A stretch of 64,000 bases of DNA from Bacteroidota bacterium. GTDB lineage: Bacteria > Bacteroidota > Bacteroidia > Chitinophagales > JADIYW01. Below are positions 26,458 to 35,564 of the stretch, piece after piece. The notes under the pieces are model-generated. The model was not told where the DNA came from and did no database searches. It saw only the letters and a list, made by a program, of their open reading frames with translations. Both the position numbers and the translations under genes were made by a program. The DNA lies in NCBI GenBank assembly GCA_020436225.1, contig JAGQYE010000007.1, positions 24,385 to 88,384 of the forward strand, given 5' to 3'. How positions within the stretch are numbered: position 1 is the first letter of the stretch; each line of letters begins with the position of its first letter.

Positions 26458-28599
26458 ATGAAATACTTATTCTTATCTCTTATTGTATTCTTTTCCTCAA
26501 GTGTTTTTGCTAAAAAAAACAAGCATAAAAAGGAAAAATTCACATATCCTACAACTGAAAAAATAAACCATACAGATACTTACTTTGGTACTATTGTAGA
26601 TGATCCATTCCAATGGTTAGAAAATGACACTTCGGCTGCAACAGCTGCTTGGGTAGATGCCGAAAATAAAGTTACGGAAGATTATCTTGCTAAAATTCCA
26701 TATCGAAATAAAATAAAAGAACGTTATAAAGAATTGTATAATTATACAAAATTGGGCAGTCCGATTATTGCCGGAAATTATACTTTTTTTTCTAAAAATG
26801 ATGGCTTACAAAATCAAGCTATAATTTATATCCAAGATGGAACAAATGGAACGCCAAGAGTTTTTATCGACCCAAATAAAATTGACCCAAGCGGTTTAAC
26901 TTCTATTGATATTGCCGGCATTTCGCTCGATAATAAATATGTGTGTGTTTCTATTAGTAAAGCAGGCAGTGATTGGAATACAATTCAAGTTTATGAAACG
27001 GCAAGCGGAAAAAAATTAGCCGATAATCTTGAATGGATAAAATTTAGTGGAGCTGATTGGGATAATAATGGTTTCTATTATTCTCGTTATCCAAAACCTG
27101 AAAGCGGCACCGAGCTTTCTGCTAAAAATGAATATCATTCTGTGTATTACCATAAATTAGGCGATGCACAAGAAAATGATATTTTAATTTATAGAGATAG
27201 TGAGAATCCATTAACCTACAACAGCGTTTATACTTCTGAAGATTTGAACTATTTATTTCTTTATAAATCTATTGGCACTTATGGCAACGAAGTTTATTAT
27301 AAATCTTTGTCAAATTCTTCAACAGATTTCAAGCCATTATTTATAGGTTATAAAAACAATTATTCAATTGTAGATGTAGTTGACAATAAATTTTTAGTTT
27401 ATACAGATGAAGGTGCATCAAACAAACAATTATTGTTGGTTGATCCATTGCATACAGAAATGAAAAATAGGAAAACAGTAATTCCGGAAAATAAAAATGC
27501 ATTGATGGATGGTGTGTATGCTACAGGCGGAAAATTGTTTGTCAAATATCTTCAAAATGCATCGAACAGATTATTTGTTTATGACTTAAACGGAAAAAAC
27601 AAAAAAGAAATTGCATTGCCCGGCACCGGAGAAATAGAAATTTATGCCGGAAGAAAAAATGATCAACGCATCAATTATACTTATACTTCTTTTAATTATC
27701 CGGTTTCTATTTTCACATATAATATTTACACAGGTTATTCCAATTTATTTTTAAAACCTGATTTAAAATTTAATCCTGAAGATTATGAAACCAAGCAAGT
27801 TTGGTATAAAAGTAAAGACGGCACTAAAGTTTCTATGTTTATCGTCCACAAAAAAGGGATAGAATTAAATGGAAAAAACCCGACTTATTTATATGGTTAT
27901 GGTGGTTTCAGTATTAATATGTCGCCTTCGTTTTCTACATCAATTATTTTGTTGCTTGAAAATGGTGGTGTGTATGCCATGCCCAATTTACGCGGTGGCG
28001 CTGAATACGGCGAAGATTGGCACAAAGCCGGTATGTTGATGAACAAGCAAAATGTATTTGATGATTTTATTTATGCTGCCAAATATCTCATCAAGAAAAA
28101 ATATACTTCTAAAGAGAAAATTGCTATTGCAGGCGGTTCAAATGGTGGTTTGTTAGTTGGCGCCTGTATGACACAACAACCGGATTTATTTAAAGTTGCT
28201 TTTCCTGCAGTTGGCGTTATGGATATGTTGAAATATCATAAATTTACGATTGGTTGGGGTTGGGTGCCTGAATTTGGTAGCAGCGAACAAAGCAAAGAAA
28301 TGTTTGAATATCTATATAAATATTCGCCGTATCACAACATCAAAAAAGGAGTAAAATATCCGGCAACATTAATAACTACTGCTGACCACGACGATAGAGT
28401 AGTGCCTGCACATAGTTTTAAGTTTGCAGCTCGCTTACAAGAATATGGCGACAAATCAACTCCATTACTTATTCAAATAGAAAAAAATGCCGGGCATGGT
28501 GCCGGAAAACCTACATCTAAAATTATTGACGAAGTGGGCGACAAATGGAGTTTTTTCTTTTGGAATTTAGGTTATAAAACATTTCCCATACAAAAATAA
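26458..28599 (+). CDS. Prolyl oligopeptidase (S9A family), secreted
   Basis: 713 aa with a signal peptide and an N-terminal beta-propeller region. The catalytic region carries GGSNGGLL (Ser), ADHDDRV (Asp) and AGHGAG (His). Confidence 0.9.
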   Translation: MKYLFLSLIVFFSSSVFAKKNKHKKEKFTYPTTEKINHTDTYFGTIVDDPFQWLENDTSAATAAWVDAENKVTEDYLAKIPYRNKIKERYKELYNYTKLGSPIIAGNYTFFSKNDGLQNQAIIYIQDGTNGTPRVFIDPNKIDPSGLTSIDIAGISLDNKYVCVSISKAGSDWNTIQVYETASGKKLADNLEWIKFSGADWDNNGFYYSRYPKPESGTELSAKNEYHSVYYHKLGDAQENDILIYRDSENPLTYNSVYTSEDLNYLFLYKSIGTYGNEVYYKSLSNSSTDFKPLFIGYKNNYSIVDVVDNKFLVYTDEGASNKQLLLVDPLHTEMKNRKTVIPENKNALMDGVYATGGKLFVKYLQNASNRLFVYDLNGKNKKEIALPGTGEIEIYAGRKNDQRINYTYTSFNYPVSIFTYNIYTGYSNLFLKPDLKFNPEDYETKQVWYKSKDGTKVSMFIVHKKGIELNGKNPTYLYGYGGFSINMSPSFSTSIILLLENGGVYAMPNLRGGAEYGEDWHKAGMLMNKQNVFDDFIYAAKYLIKKKYTSKEKIAIAGGSNGGLLVGACMTQQPDLFKVAFPAVGVMDMLKYHKFTIGWGWVPEFGSSEQSKEMFEYLYKYSPYHNIKKGVKYPATLITTADHDDRVVPAHSFKFAARLQEYGDKSTPLLIQIEKNAGHGAGKPTSKIIDEVGDKWSFFFWNLGYKTFPIQK

Positions 28600-28605
28600 A
28601 TCGGC

Positions 28606-29364
28606 ATGTCTAATACTTCGCGCGTAGATACTACGATGTTTGATGGCGAACATTATTTGGGCAAACCTGCCGATTTTACGGACGTTATCATTTCTCGACG
28701 AGTAAATTTGGTAAAGCAAATTCCTGATTTTGTTCAGCCACAACTCGACTTATTGGAAATTGGTTGCGGCAATGGTGCTTCCATGTTTTTATTGGCTGAT
28801 GATTTTAATGCTTGTTATGGCGTGGAAGTAAACAACGATCATCAAGCGGCATTTGAACAATATAAAAATGGACATGCGATTCAGAATTGCAATTTTCAAG
28901 TGTTTAATGTTGAACAAGAAAATTTGTCAAGAAAATTTGATAGGCTCATCAGCTTTGAAGTGATTGAACATTTAACGAGCGATGATTATGTAAGAAATTA
29001 TTACGATGCATTAAATGCCGATGCATTGGTGGCGATTTCGGTTCCTAACAAATGGTGGATTTTTGAAACACATGGTGCACGTTTGCCTTTATTGCCTTGG
29101 AATAGAGTGCCGTTTTTTTCATGGCTACCAAAATTTATTCACGAGCGATTTGCCAACGCAAGAATTTATACCAAATCAAGGATAAAAAAGGTAATGGAAA
29201 ATGCCGGATTTGAAGTACTTTCGATACAATACATTACAGCGCCAATGGACGTTTTAAAAGAAGGTAAATTAAAGCGATTTGTATTAAAATATATCTTCAA
29301 TACTGAAACGACCAAAATTCCGTTTCTGTCCACTTCTATTTTTGTTGTTGCCAAGAAAAAATAA
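28606..29364 (+). CDS. Class I SAM-dependent methyltransferase
   Basis: 252 aa with motif I LLEIGCGNG and a downstream acidic residue pattern. Confidence 0.8.
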   Translation: MSNTSRVDTTMFDGEHYLGKPADFTDVIISRRVNLVKQIPDFVQPQLDLLEIGCGNGASMFLLADDFNACYGVEVNNDHQAAFEQYKNGHAIQNCNFQVFNVEQENLSRKFDRLISFEVIEHLTSDDYVRNYYDALNADALVAISVPNKWWIFETHGARLPLLPWNRVPFFSWLPKFIHERFANARIYTKSRIKKVMENAGFEVLSIQYITAPMDVLKEGKLKRFVLKYIFNTETTKIPFLSTSIFVVAKKK

Positions 29365-30236
29365 TGTCTGATAAAAATAGCTATAGAAATTTCTGTAAGG
29401 AGCATGAAAAAATTCCCATTTTTTCTCAAGCATTTTGGTTGAATGAAGTAGCAGAAAATTGGGATGTTATCTTAGAGCAAAATAAGAACAATGAAATTAT
29501 TGCTGCATTGCCTTTTTGTTGGAAAGGAAATTTTATTACACAAAGAATTTATTTACCTTTTTTGAATTTCTATCAATCTATTTTATTTTTCAATGTTGAT
29601 GAAAAACATCAACAAGAAATTGCAGAACGTTTATTTAATAAACTTCCGAGAACAATAAAATCGTATTTTAAATTTTTGCTTGAATACGACAATATTCAAT
29701 TAAATACTTTAGGTTTTTCTAAAGAAAATTATTCGACTTATATTATTCAAAAAAATGAGCAATTGCAATTAAGTAATAATCATAAACGCAATGTAAAAAA
29801 AGGAATAGAGCGCAATTATCAAATTAAAGAAAGTAAAAATTTGAAACAGACTTATGAAATGCTTGTTTCTACTTTCATCCGGCAAAAAATAAAATCAAAA
29901 ATAAGTTTTGAAGCATTTCAAAAAATACAAACTAGCATAAAACAACATCAATGCTGTAAAATTGTGGATTGCTTGGATAATGAAAATAATATTTTAGCAT
30001 CTGTATTTATTTTGTCTGACAACCAAACCGTTTATTATATGCTTGGTGGTTATGAAACCAAATATAAAAATTCTGGTGCTATGACTTTTTTATTACATCA
30101 TCTAATAAAAGAAACATTAGACAAGAACAAAACGTTCAACTTTTGCGGAAGTAGCAATAAAAATATTGCTCATTTTTTTGAAGGATTTGGCGCAACAAAA
30201 ACAAGCATCAACATCTGGAAAAAATCGATACTTTAA
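29364..30236 (+). CDS. FemAB-fold / GNAT-like acyltransferase (Acetyltransf_6-like)
   Basis: 290 aa. The start overlaps the methyltransferase stop (TAATG). The C-terminal part (YYMLGGY, NSGAMTFLLHHLI) resembles FemAB/BioF2-like GNAT proteins found in glycan loci. Confidence 0.5.
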   Translation: MSDKNSYRNFCKEHEKIPIFSQAFWLNEVAENWDVILEQNKNNEIIAALPFCWKGNFITQRIYLPFLNFYQSILFFNVDEKHQQEIAERLFNKLPRTIKSYFKFLLEYDNIQLNTLGFSKENYSTYIIQKNEQLQLSNNHKRNVKKGIERNYQIKESKNLKQTYEMLVSTFIRQKIKSKISFEAFQKIQTSIKQHQCCKIVDCLDNENNILASVFILSDNQTVYYMLGGYETKYKNSGAMTFLLHHLIKETLDKNKTFNFCGSSNKNIAHFFEGFGATKTSINIWKKSIL

Positions 30237-31150
30237 TACCACAAACGCGCTTGCACATCGTGTAAATATTGCATACCACGTTCGCCGATAACAACACGTT
30301 TGGCTTGTTTAAAACGGCAGAACATACTTTTGACTGTTTTGAAATAAAGTACAATACTTCCTTTCGTTTTATATAAGAAATAAGCACTCCAAAAAATAAA
30401 ATGCGAAACAACGTATTGCATCGGCAAATGCTTGTACACAACAATCATTTTATTTTCAAAAAAGCGCGCTTGTGTCGTGTCGCTTGGTTCTCTGCCATTC
30501 GGATTTTGCTTGTGGATTGCCAAAATTTCTTTCGTAAATAAAATGGAATATCCGGCTTTTACGGTAGCATAACTCAAATCGTATTCTTCCATGCCATAAA
30601 AAAAATCTTCTTGATAATAACCTGTTTCTGCTATTAAGGATTTTGGAAATACATGACCGTAACCAAAAAATAAATTGTAAAAAACTTCCGTTTTGCCTTC
30701 AATTAATCTTGGATTTTTCAACGGCATATCCCATTTTTTTGTAAAAGGATTTTGTCCTAAAAAGCCAATAATCGCTAATTTTTGTGCTTGGAATTTTTCA
30801 TATAAATGCAACACTTTTGCAATGACATCTTTATTGGCAATTTCGGCATCATCATCTAAAAACAATAAATATTTTCCGTTTGATTTTTGGATACATAAAT
30901 TTCTTCCGCCTGCAACACCTAAATTTTCTGTATGATTGATGTACTGAATTTTTTGTTTATCTGTTTCCGATAAATCGTCAATAAAATTTTGCAAAACAGA
31001 ATAATCAGAAGTAGAACCATTGTTCAACACAACAATTTCTTTTTCCCAGCCTTGCACTTCATCTAATTGCAATACATTTTTTATGGCATCAATGGTATCT
31101 TCTGCCCTATTGTAACTTATAATGATAAATGAAAAAATAGAATTACTCAT
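30233..31150 (-). CDS. Family 2 glycosyltransferase
   Basis: 305 aa with an N-terminal FIIISYNRAEDT, a DxD-type FLDDDA, and one C-terminal hydrophobic segment. Confidence 0.85.
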   Translation of the reverse strand: MSNSIFSFIIISYNRAEDTIDAIKNVLQLDEVQGWEKEIVVLNNGSTSDYSVLQNFIDDLSETDKQKIQYINHTENLGVAGGRNLCIQKSNGKYLLFLDDDAEIANKDVIAKVLHLYEKFQAQKLAIIGFLGQNPFTKKWDMPLKNPRLIEGKTEVFYNLFFGYGHVFPKSLIAETGYYQEDFFYGMEEYDLSYATVKAGYSILFTKEILAIHKQNPNGREPSDTTQARFFENKMIVVYKHLPMQYVVSHFIFWSAYFLYKTKGSIVLYFKTVKSMFCRFKQAKRVVIGERGMQYLHDVQARLWY

Positions 31151-31152
31151 AG

Positions 31153-33837
31153 TTATTCAGCAGCAACGTCTGTCGGTGTTTGTTTACGTTTTCTTTGATA
31201 GAAATACCAACCCAATAATCCAAGAATAATTACATTAAATAAAATATTTCCGGTCAATATTACAGAATTGGTCGTTGCATATAATTTTGGTTTAAACTCG
31301 AAAGTAATTTTATGTTCGCCATGTTTTACTTTCATTCCACGCAAAATATAATTTACACGAATATGGTCAGCCGGTTGACCATCAATATAAGAATGCCAAT
31401 CTTCATTTGGACGGTAAATTACTTCAGAGAAAACAACGAATTCATCTTTCGGAGACTTGAACGAATATTCCAATTTATCCGGATTATTAGTTTCTATTTT
31501 TTTGATAAAACGCGTTTCATTAAATGCGCTGGTGTCAGTATTCAAAACAAAACCGTTCACATAATTTTTAAATTCAGCATTTACAACAGCTGTTCGTGCC
31601 GGATTGATAGAACGAACATTTAAAATTTCTTCTTCAGGAGAATTGACTAATTGAATGGAATTGACAAACCAAGCATTTCCTAACGCAAAGTTATTTACAG
31701 CTACTCCGTTTGCTTCTGTTGATTGTTTCAGGTATTTAGTATTCAACATATTGATAAAATTGGCTTTTGAGAAACCAACTTTATTGATTTGTTGAAAATC
31801 ATAGCTCAATCCGTGTTCAATTACATCTTGGTAGCGTCTTAGTTTTGCCGGATTATAACCTCCGATAGTTCTATGATAATAGGCTGGATTAGCACTATTA
31901 AAAACATCCACCGTAAAATCTGCCATACGTGCATTATCTTTATTTTGTGCCAAGATGGCAGCATCTGCAGGTGTTTCGGGAAATGTATTCATCGCCACCA
32001 TCGACTTTTCTTCAAAATCGTTGTCATTCAAATAGCGCTTATTAATCATCCAAAAATCAATCAACACTAAAACAGCAATGGAAGTCAAAACAACACTATT
32101 ATTTTTTATTTTTTTGTTGAGTGATAAATACAGCAATACAGCAACAATTGCAATCAAGATAAAAGAACGAATGGCATCTGCACGCATCAATGCATTTCTA
32201 TCTTGTTTTAAAGCCGAATAAATATCGTTGGCAAATTGCTCGTTTTGCATTTGAGTAAGCTGCGCTTTAAATTGTATATCCGTTGAATTTCCTTTTTCAT
32301 CAGCTTTTGTTTGAAATGAAAAAATACTTCCTAAAACAATAAAAAATAACAAAAGTCCACCTACAATTCCTGACGATATTTTCAGTGCTTTAAACTTTTC
32401 TTCTTTGGATGTAATTGTTTCATCAAAGAAATCTCTTAAACCCAACAAACCCAAAGTAACCATCAAGATTTGTGTTAATGCCAAAATCATCGTTGGTGCA
32501 CGGAATTTGTTGAATGCTGGAACAAAATCATACAACAACCGATAAAAGAATTCTAAATTTTTTCCTAAGGCTATGAGAATAGTCAGCACAATACTGCCAA
32601 TCAGCCAAGGTTTTAAATTTCCTTTGTAAGCAAAACATCCAAAGAAAAACAAGAAAACAATTATAGCACCTAAATAAATAGGTCCTTGCACAAAAGGCTC
32701 TGTTCCCCAATACAATGGCATTTGTTGGCTAAACTGAGATGCTTGTTGCGGGCTGGCTCCTTTATCAGATAAGGCTTTATAGACATGAGAATTTTCATCT
32801 AAAGAACCGGAAGCAGAACCACCAACAAAATTAGGCACAAACAAAGAACCTAATTCTTCGTAACCAAAACTCCATTGAGTAGCATAATCAAATCCGACGC
32901 CTTTTTCGTGTTTCGTTGGTGCTGTTGACTCTTTGCTTGTAGTTGGATTTGTGCTTGCCTGCATTTTTGCCTGATTGAGAATATCTCCACCACGTGTCGT
33001 TTCTTTAGAAAAATCATTCAAAAAGTAATTATTGAAATTCATCATTCCGGCAACAGCAAAACAAAGAACAAAAATAGATGAGCTTATAAAAGCATGTTTA
33101 ATTTCTTTTTGTTTGATATAGCGAATAAATTCTACCAACACATATAAGCCGACCAACATCAAACTATAATAAGCAATTTGGATATGTGCGCCGGCAATAA
33201 TTTCAAAAGCATAAATGAGTAATAAAATCGTACCCAAAATATATTTTTTGTCAAAGAGTAACCAAACACTTGCCAGCAACGGCAAGAACATAGAAATGGT
33301 AATTACTTTGGTAATATGTCCTGCATCTAAACTCACAAAATTAGCTGTACAAAAACCAACTGCAATAGCACCAATGACTGCATATAAAGTGCGCCGTAAC
33401 AAAACGTAAAAACCAATAAAAGCACCAAGCAACAAGAAAATAATTTCCATTGCCGGATCCGGAATAACACGCAGAACTTTATGAATAAGCAACATTGGCG
33501 TTTGGATTGCCGGATGGAATTCTAATCCACCAATAATGAAGGATGGCATTCCACCAAACATTCTCGACGACCATAATGGCGTGTAACCATTGGCAGCTTT
33601 AAAATCGGCAACTTCTTTGTTCATCGCAATATATTGATTGGAATCATGCGTGGATAATTGCATGCCATTTAACAAAGGTTTGCAGTAGATATATGCCAAA
33701 GCAACAAACATCAACAAAATAATCGGAATTAGAATTTTGTTGGATGGTTGAAACGAAGATGATTGTTTATTTATTGATGCTTTGCGCTCACTTTGTTTTC
33801 TTACCGTGTTAGGCTGGTGCGGTTGCTTTTTTGCCAT
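31153..33837 (-). CDS. YfhO-family polytopic membrane protein (putative extracytoplasmic glycosyltransferase)
   Basis: 894 aa with many TM helices in the N-terminal two thirds, a large C-terminal soluble domain and a final TM. The overall look matches YfhO-family proteins. Confidence 0.7.
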   Translation of the reverse strand: MAKKQPHQPNTVRKQSERKASINKQSSSFQPSNKILIPIILLMFVALAYIYCKPLLNGMQLSTHDSNQYIAMNKEVADFKAANGYTPLWSSRMFGGMPSFIIGGLEFHPAIQTPMLLIHKVLRVIPDPAMEIIFLLLGAFIGFYVLLRRTLYAVIGAIAVGFCTANFVSLDAGHITKVITISMFLPLLASVWLLFDKKYILGTILLLIYAFEIIAGAHIQIAYYSLMLVGLYVLVEFIRYIKQKEIKHAFISSSIFVLCFAVAGMMNFNNYFLNDFSKETTRGGDILNQAKMQASTNPTTSKESTAPTKHEKGVGFDYATQWSFGYEELGSLFVPNFVGGSASGSLDENSHVYKALSDKGASPQQASQFSQQMPLYWGTEPFVQGPIYLGAIIVFLFFFGCFAYKGNLKPWLIGSIVLTILIALGKNLEFFYRLLYDFVPAFNKFRAPTMILALTQILMVTLGLLGLRDFFDETITSKEEKFKALKISSGIVGGLLLFFIVLGSIFSFQTKADEKGNSTDIQFKAQLTQMQNEQFANDIYSALKQDRNALMRADAIRSFILIAIVAVLLYLSLNKKIKNNSVVLTSIAVLVLIDFWMINKRYLNDNDFEEKSMVAMNTFPETPADAAILAQNKDNARMADFTVDVFNSANPAYYHRTIGGYNPAKLRRYQDVIEHGLSYDFQQINKVGFSKANFINMLNTKYLKQSTEANGVAVNNFALGNAWFVNSIQLVNSPEEEILNVRSINPARTAVVNAEFKNYVNGFVLNTDTSAFNETRFIKKIETNNPDKLEYSFKSPKDEFVVFSEVIYRPNEDWHSYIDGQPADHIRVNYILRGMKVKHGEHKITFEFKPKLYATTNSVILTGNILFNVIILGLLGWYFYQRKRKQTPTDVAAE

Positions 33838-33858
33838 GAAAAAATATTTTGTGTGAAT

Positions 33859-34740
33859 TTACAACTTTATCCAATGTGTTGGAATAATGTCTTGTGAATT
33901 TATGCTAACATCGGCAAACCAATGTTGCGGTGCAATGACTATTTTTTGTGGATTATTATTGAGCCAAGCTGCCCACCAACTAAAAGTACTGTTGGCAATA
34001 ATGTTATGTTTGCACATCGACATTAATTGCATATCCATATAAGCAGTTTTATTGGTATTATTGTTGGAAATAAAATGTGCGTCTATATTTAATGCTTGTT
34101 TTACCCAAGCAATGTCATCAGAAAAAACAAAAAATATCGGATTGAAAATTTGTTCTTTAATTTTTGCTATGGATTGTTGATAGTATTCTAAAGAAAGTTG
34201 AGCAAATTTATGCTTGTTTTGTGGCAATGAAATATAATCGCCACGTCGAATATGTATGGAAACTGAATTCGAGTTTTGTATTTTTTCTGATATAGATTTA
34301 TTCTCATTTTCCAATGGAATTTTAAACGAAAAATCTTTTCGTATGATTTCTTCTATCTCAATAAAATATTTTTCTGATTGAAAATTTCCTTTGATGTATG
34401 TATTATCTTTTGCTTGTAAATATGTTGGATTGAAATGATGTTGTGTTTCTTTTAAAAAATGAAATTTTTGTTGGTTGATTTTATCTTGTAATAAATAATT
34501 GGCTTTAGCAAAAGGATACAATAGTTTTGATTGAAAAATATTGCGTTCAAGTATGGCGTCAATAGCAAAAATATCGAGCTCGTATTGTAATTGTGTTGCC
34601 ATTGATTTTATGGGTAACTTGCTTTCTAAAAACTGTGTGTTTAAAAATAATTGAGTGTTGTGTTTTACAGCAAGCGTTTTGGCAAATGCATATTGAAACA
34701 TTTGATTGCCTAATCCACCGCTGAGTACTATTTTTATCAA
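33859..34740 (-). CDS. Alpha-1,2-fucosyltransferase (GT11)
   Basis: 293 aa with GT11 motifs GGLGNQMFQYA, HIRRGDY and STFSWWAAWLN. The apparent start is TTG (34738-34740). Confidence 0.88.
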   Translation of the reverse strand: MIKIVLSGGLGNQMFQYAFAKTLAVKHNTQLFLNTQFLESKLPIKSMATQLQYELDIFAIDAILERNIFQSKLLYPFAKANYLLQDKINQQKFHFLKETQHHFNPTYLQAKDNTYIKGNFQSEKYFIEIEEIIRKDFSFKIPLENENKSISEKIQNSNSVSIHIRRGDYISLPQNKHKFAQLSLEYYQQSIAKIKEQIFNPIFFVFSDDIAWVKQALNIDAHFISNNNTNKTAYMDMQLMSMCKHNIIANSTFSWWAAWLNNNPQKIVIAPQHWFADVSINSQDIIPTHWIKL

Positions 34741-34751
34741 GTTGCTATTAA

Positions 34752-35564
34752 TTAAATAAAAGAATAACCAAAAATTTTATACAAACCTGCACGCACAATC
34801 AATTTAAGATAAAACAATTTTGCGTGTATAAATTGGAATGAGCTTTGTTTATTTTCTCCACGCAAAAAAGCATGACCGCCAAATTTATTTTTATCTAACA
34901 ATAAAGTTTTTTGAACAAACGGCAAATACCAACCTTGCGGATAACAAAAACCCGGATGTAATTTCTTTGGTTCATGTGTTACAAAATAAGCATTAATATG
35001 CGATTCATCGTGCCATTTGGCGATGACATTATTTTCAAAATCTTTGTCTATATTTTGTTTTAAATTTTGGCACATTTTTAAAAATGCAAATGTATTTCCA
35101 CCAATTAAACCGCCTGCAAAATAATGTTTTCCTTTATCGATTGGAATATAAGCCGTCGAATTTGGGTTTGTTTCATAATTGAAATCTTTTCTTTGTAAGT
35201 GATAAGCAACCGGATGAATTTGTCCGACCAAGAAATGTTCATTTTCTGTTGGTAAAATTTCATCTTCATTTATCGTTTTTACAAACGTGTAATTGGCATT
35301 GAAGAAGAAAAGAAAATCCATTTTGCTGAGCTCATCTTCCTTATTTAAAAACAAATGAAAACGCATTAAAGTATCTTTGGGCCAACCTAATTGTACTTGG
35401 AATATTTTGTGAATTCTGTCTGTTTCATCAATAGTTTTGCTATCTGTAAAAACGAAATAATGTTTTTCAGTATTTGGCAATAAATATTGTTCAGCACTTT
35501 CGTAAAAGCCTTTCCAAAACACATCATATTTTCCGGTGCAGATATATAAAATACCTATTTTCAT
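34752..35564 (-). CDS. Bacterial GT6-family glycosyltransferase (ABO/BoGT6a-like alpha-1,3-Gal/GalNAc transferase)
   Basis: 270 aa. MKIGILYICTGKYDVFWKGFY, FFFNANYTF (NxN replacing the DxD), AGGLIGG and WHDESHIN closely follow my recollection of Bacteroides ovatus BoGT6a. Confidence 0.85.
   Translation of the reverse strand: MKIGILYICTGKYDVFWKGFYESAEQYLLPNTEKHYFVFTDSKTIDETDRIHKIFQVQLGWPKDTLMRFHLFLNKEDELSKMDFLFFFNANYTFVKTINEDEILPTENEHFLVGQIHPVAYHLQRKDFNYETNPNSTAYIPIDKGKHYFAGGLIGGNTFAFLKMCQNLKQNIDKDFENNVIAKWHDESHINAYFVTHEPKKLHPGFCYPQGWYLPFVQKTLLLDKNKFGGHAFLRGENKQSSFQFIHAKLFYLKLIVRAGLYKIFGYSFI

Noticed and set aside
26458-30236. Prolyl oligopeptidase plus methyltransferase plus FemAB-fold enzyme as a RiPP-like peptide-modification cluster
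   Set aside because: No precursor-peptide-like small ORF was seen. The peptidase has a secretion signal and looks like the common housekeeping periplasmic S9A enzyme. The two downstream genes fit better with the adjacent glycan locus.
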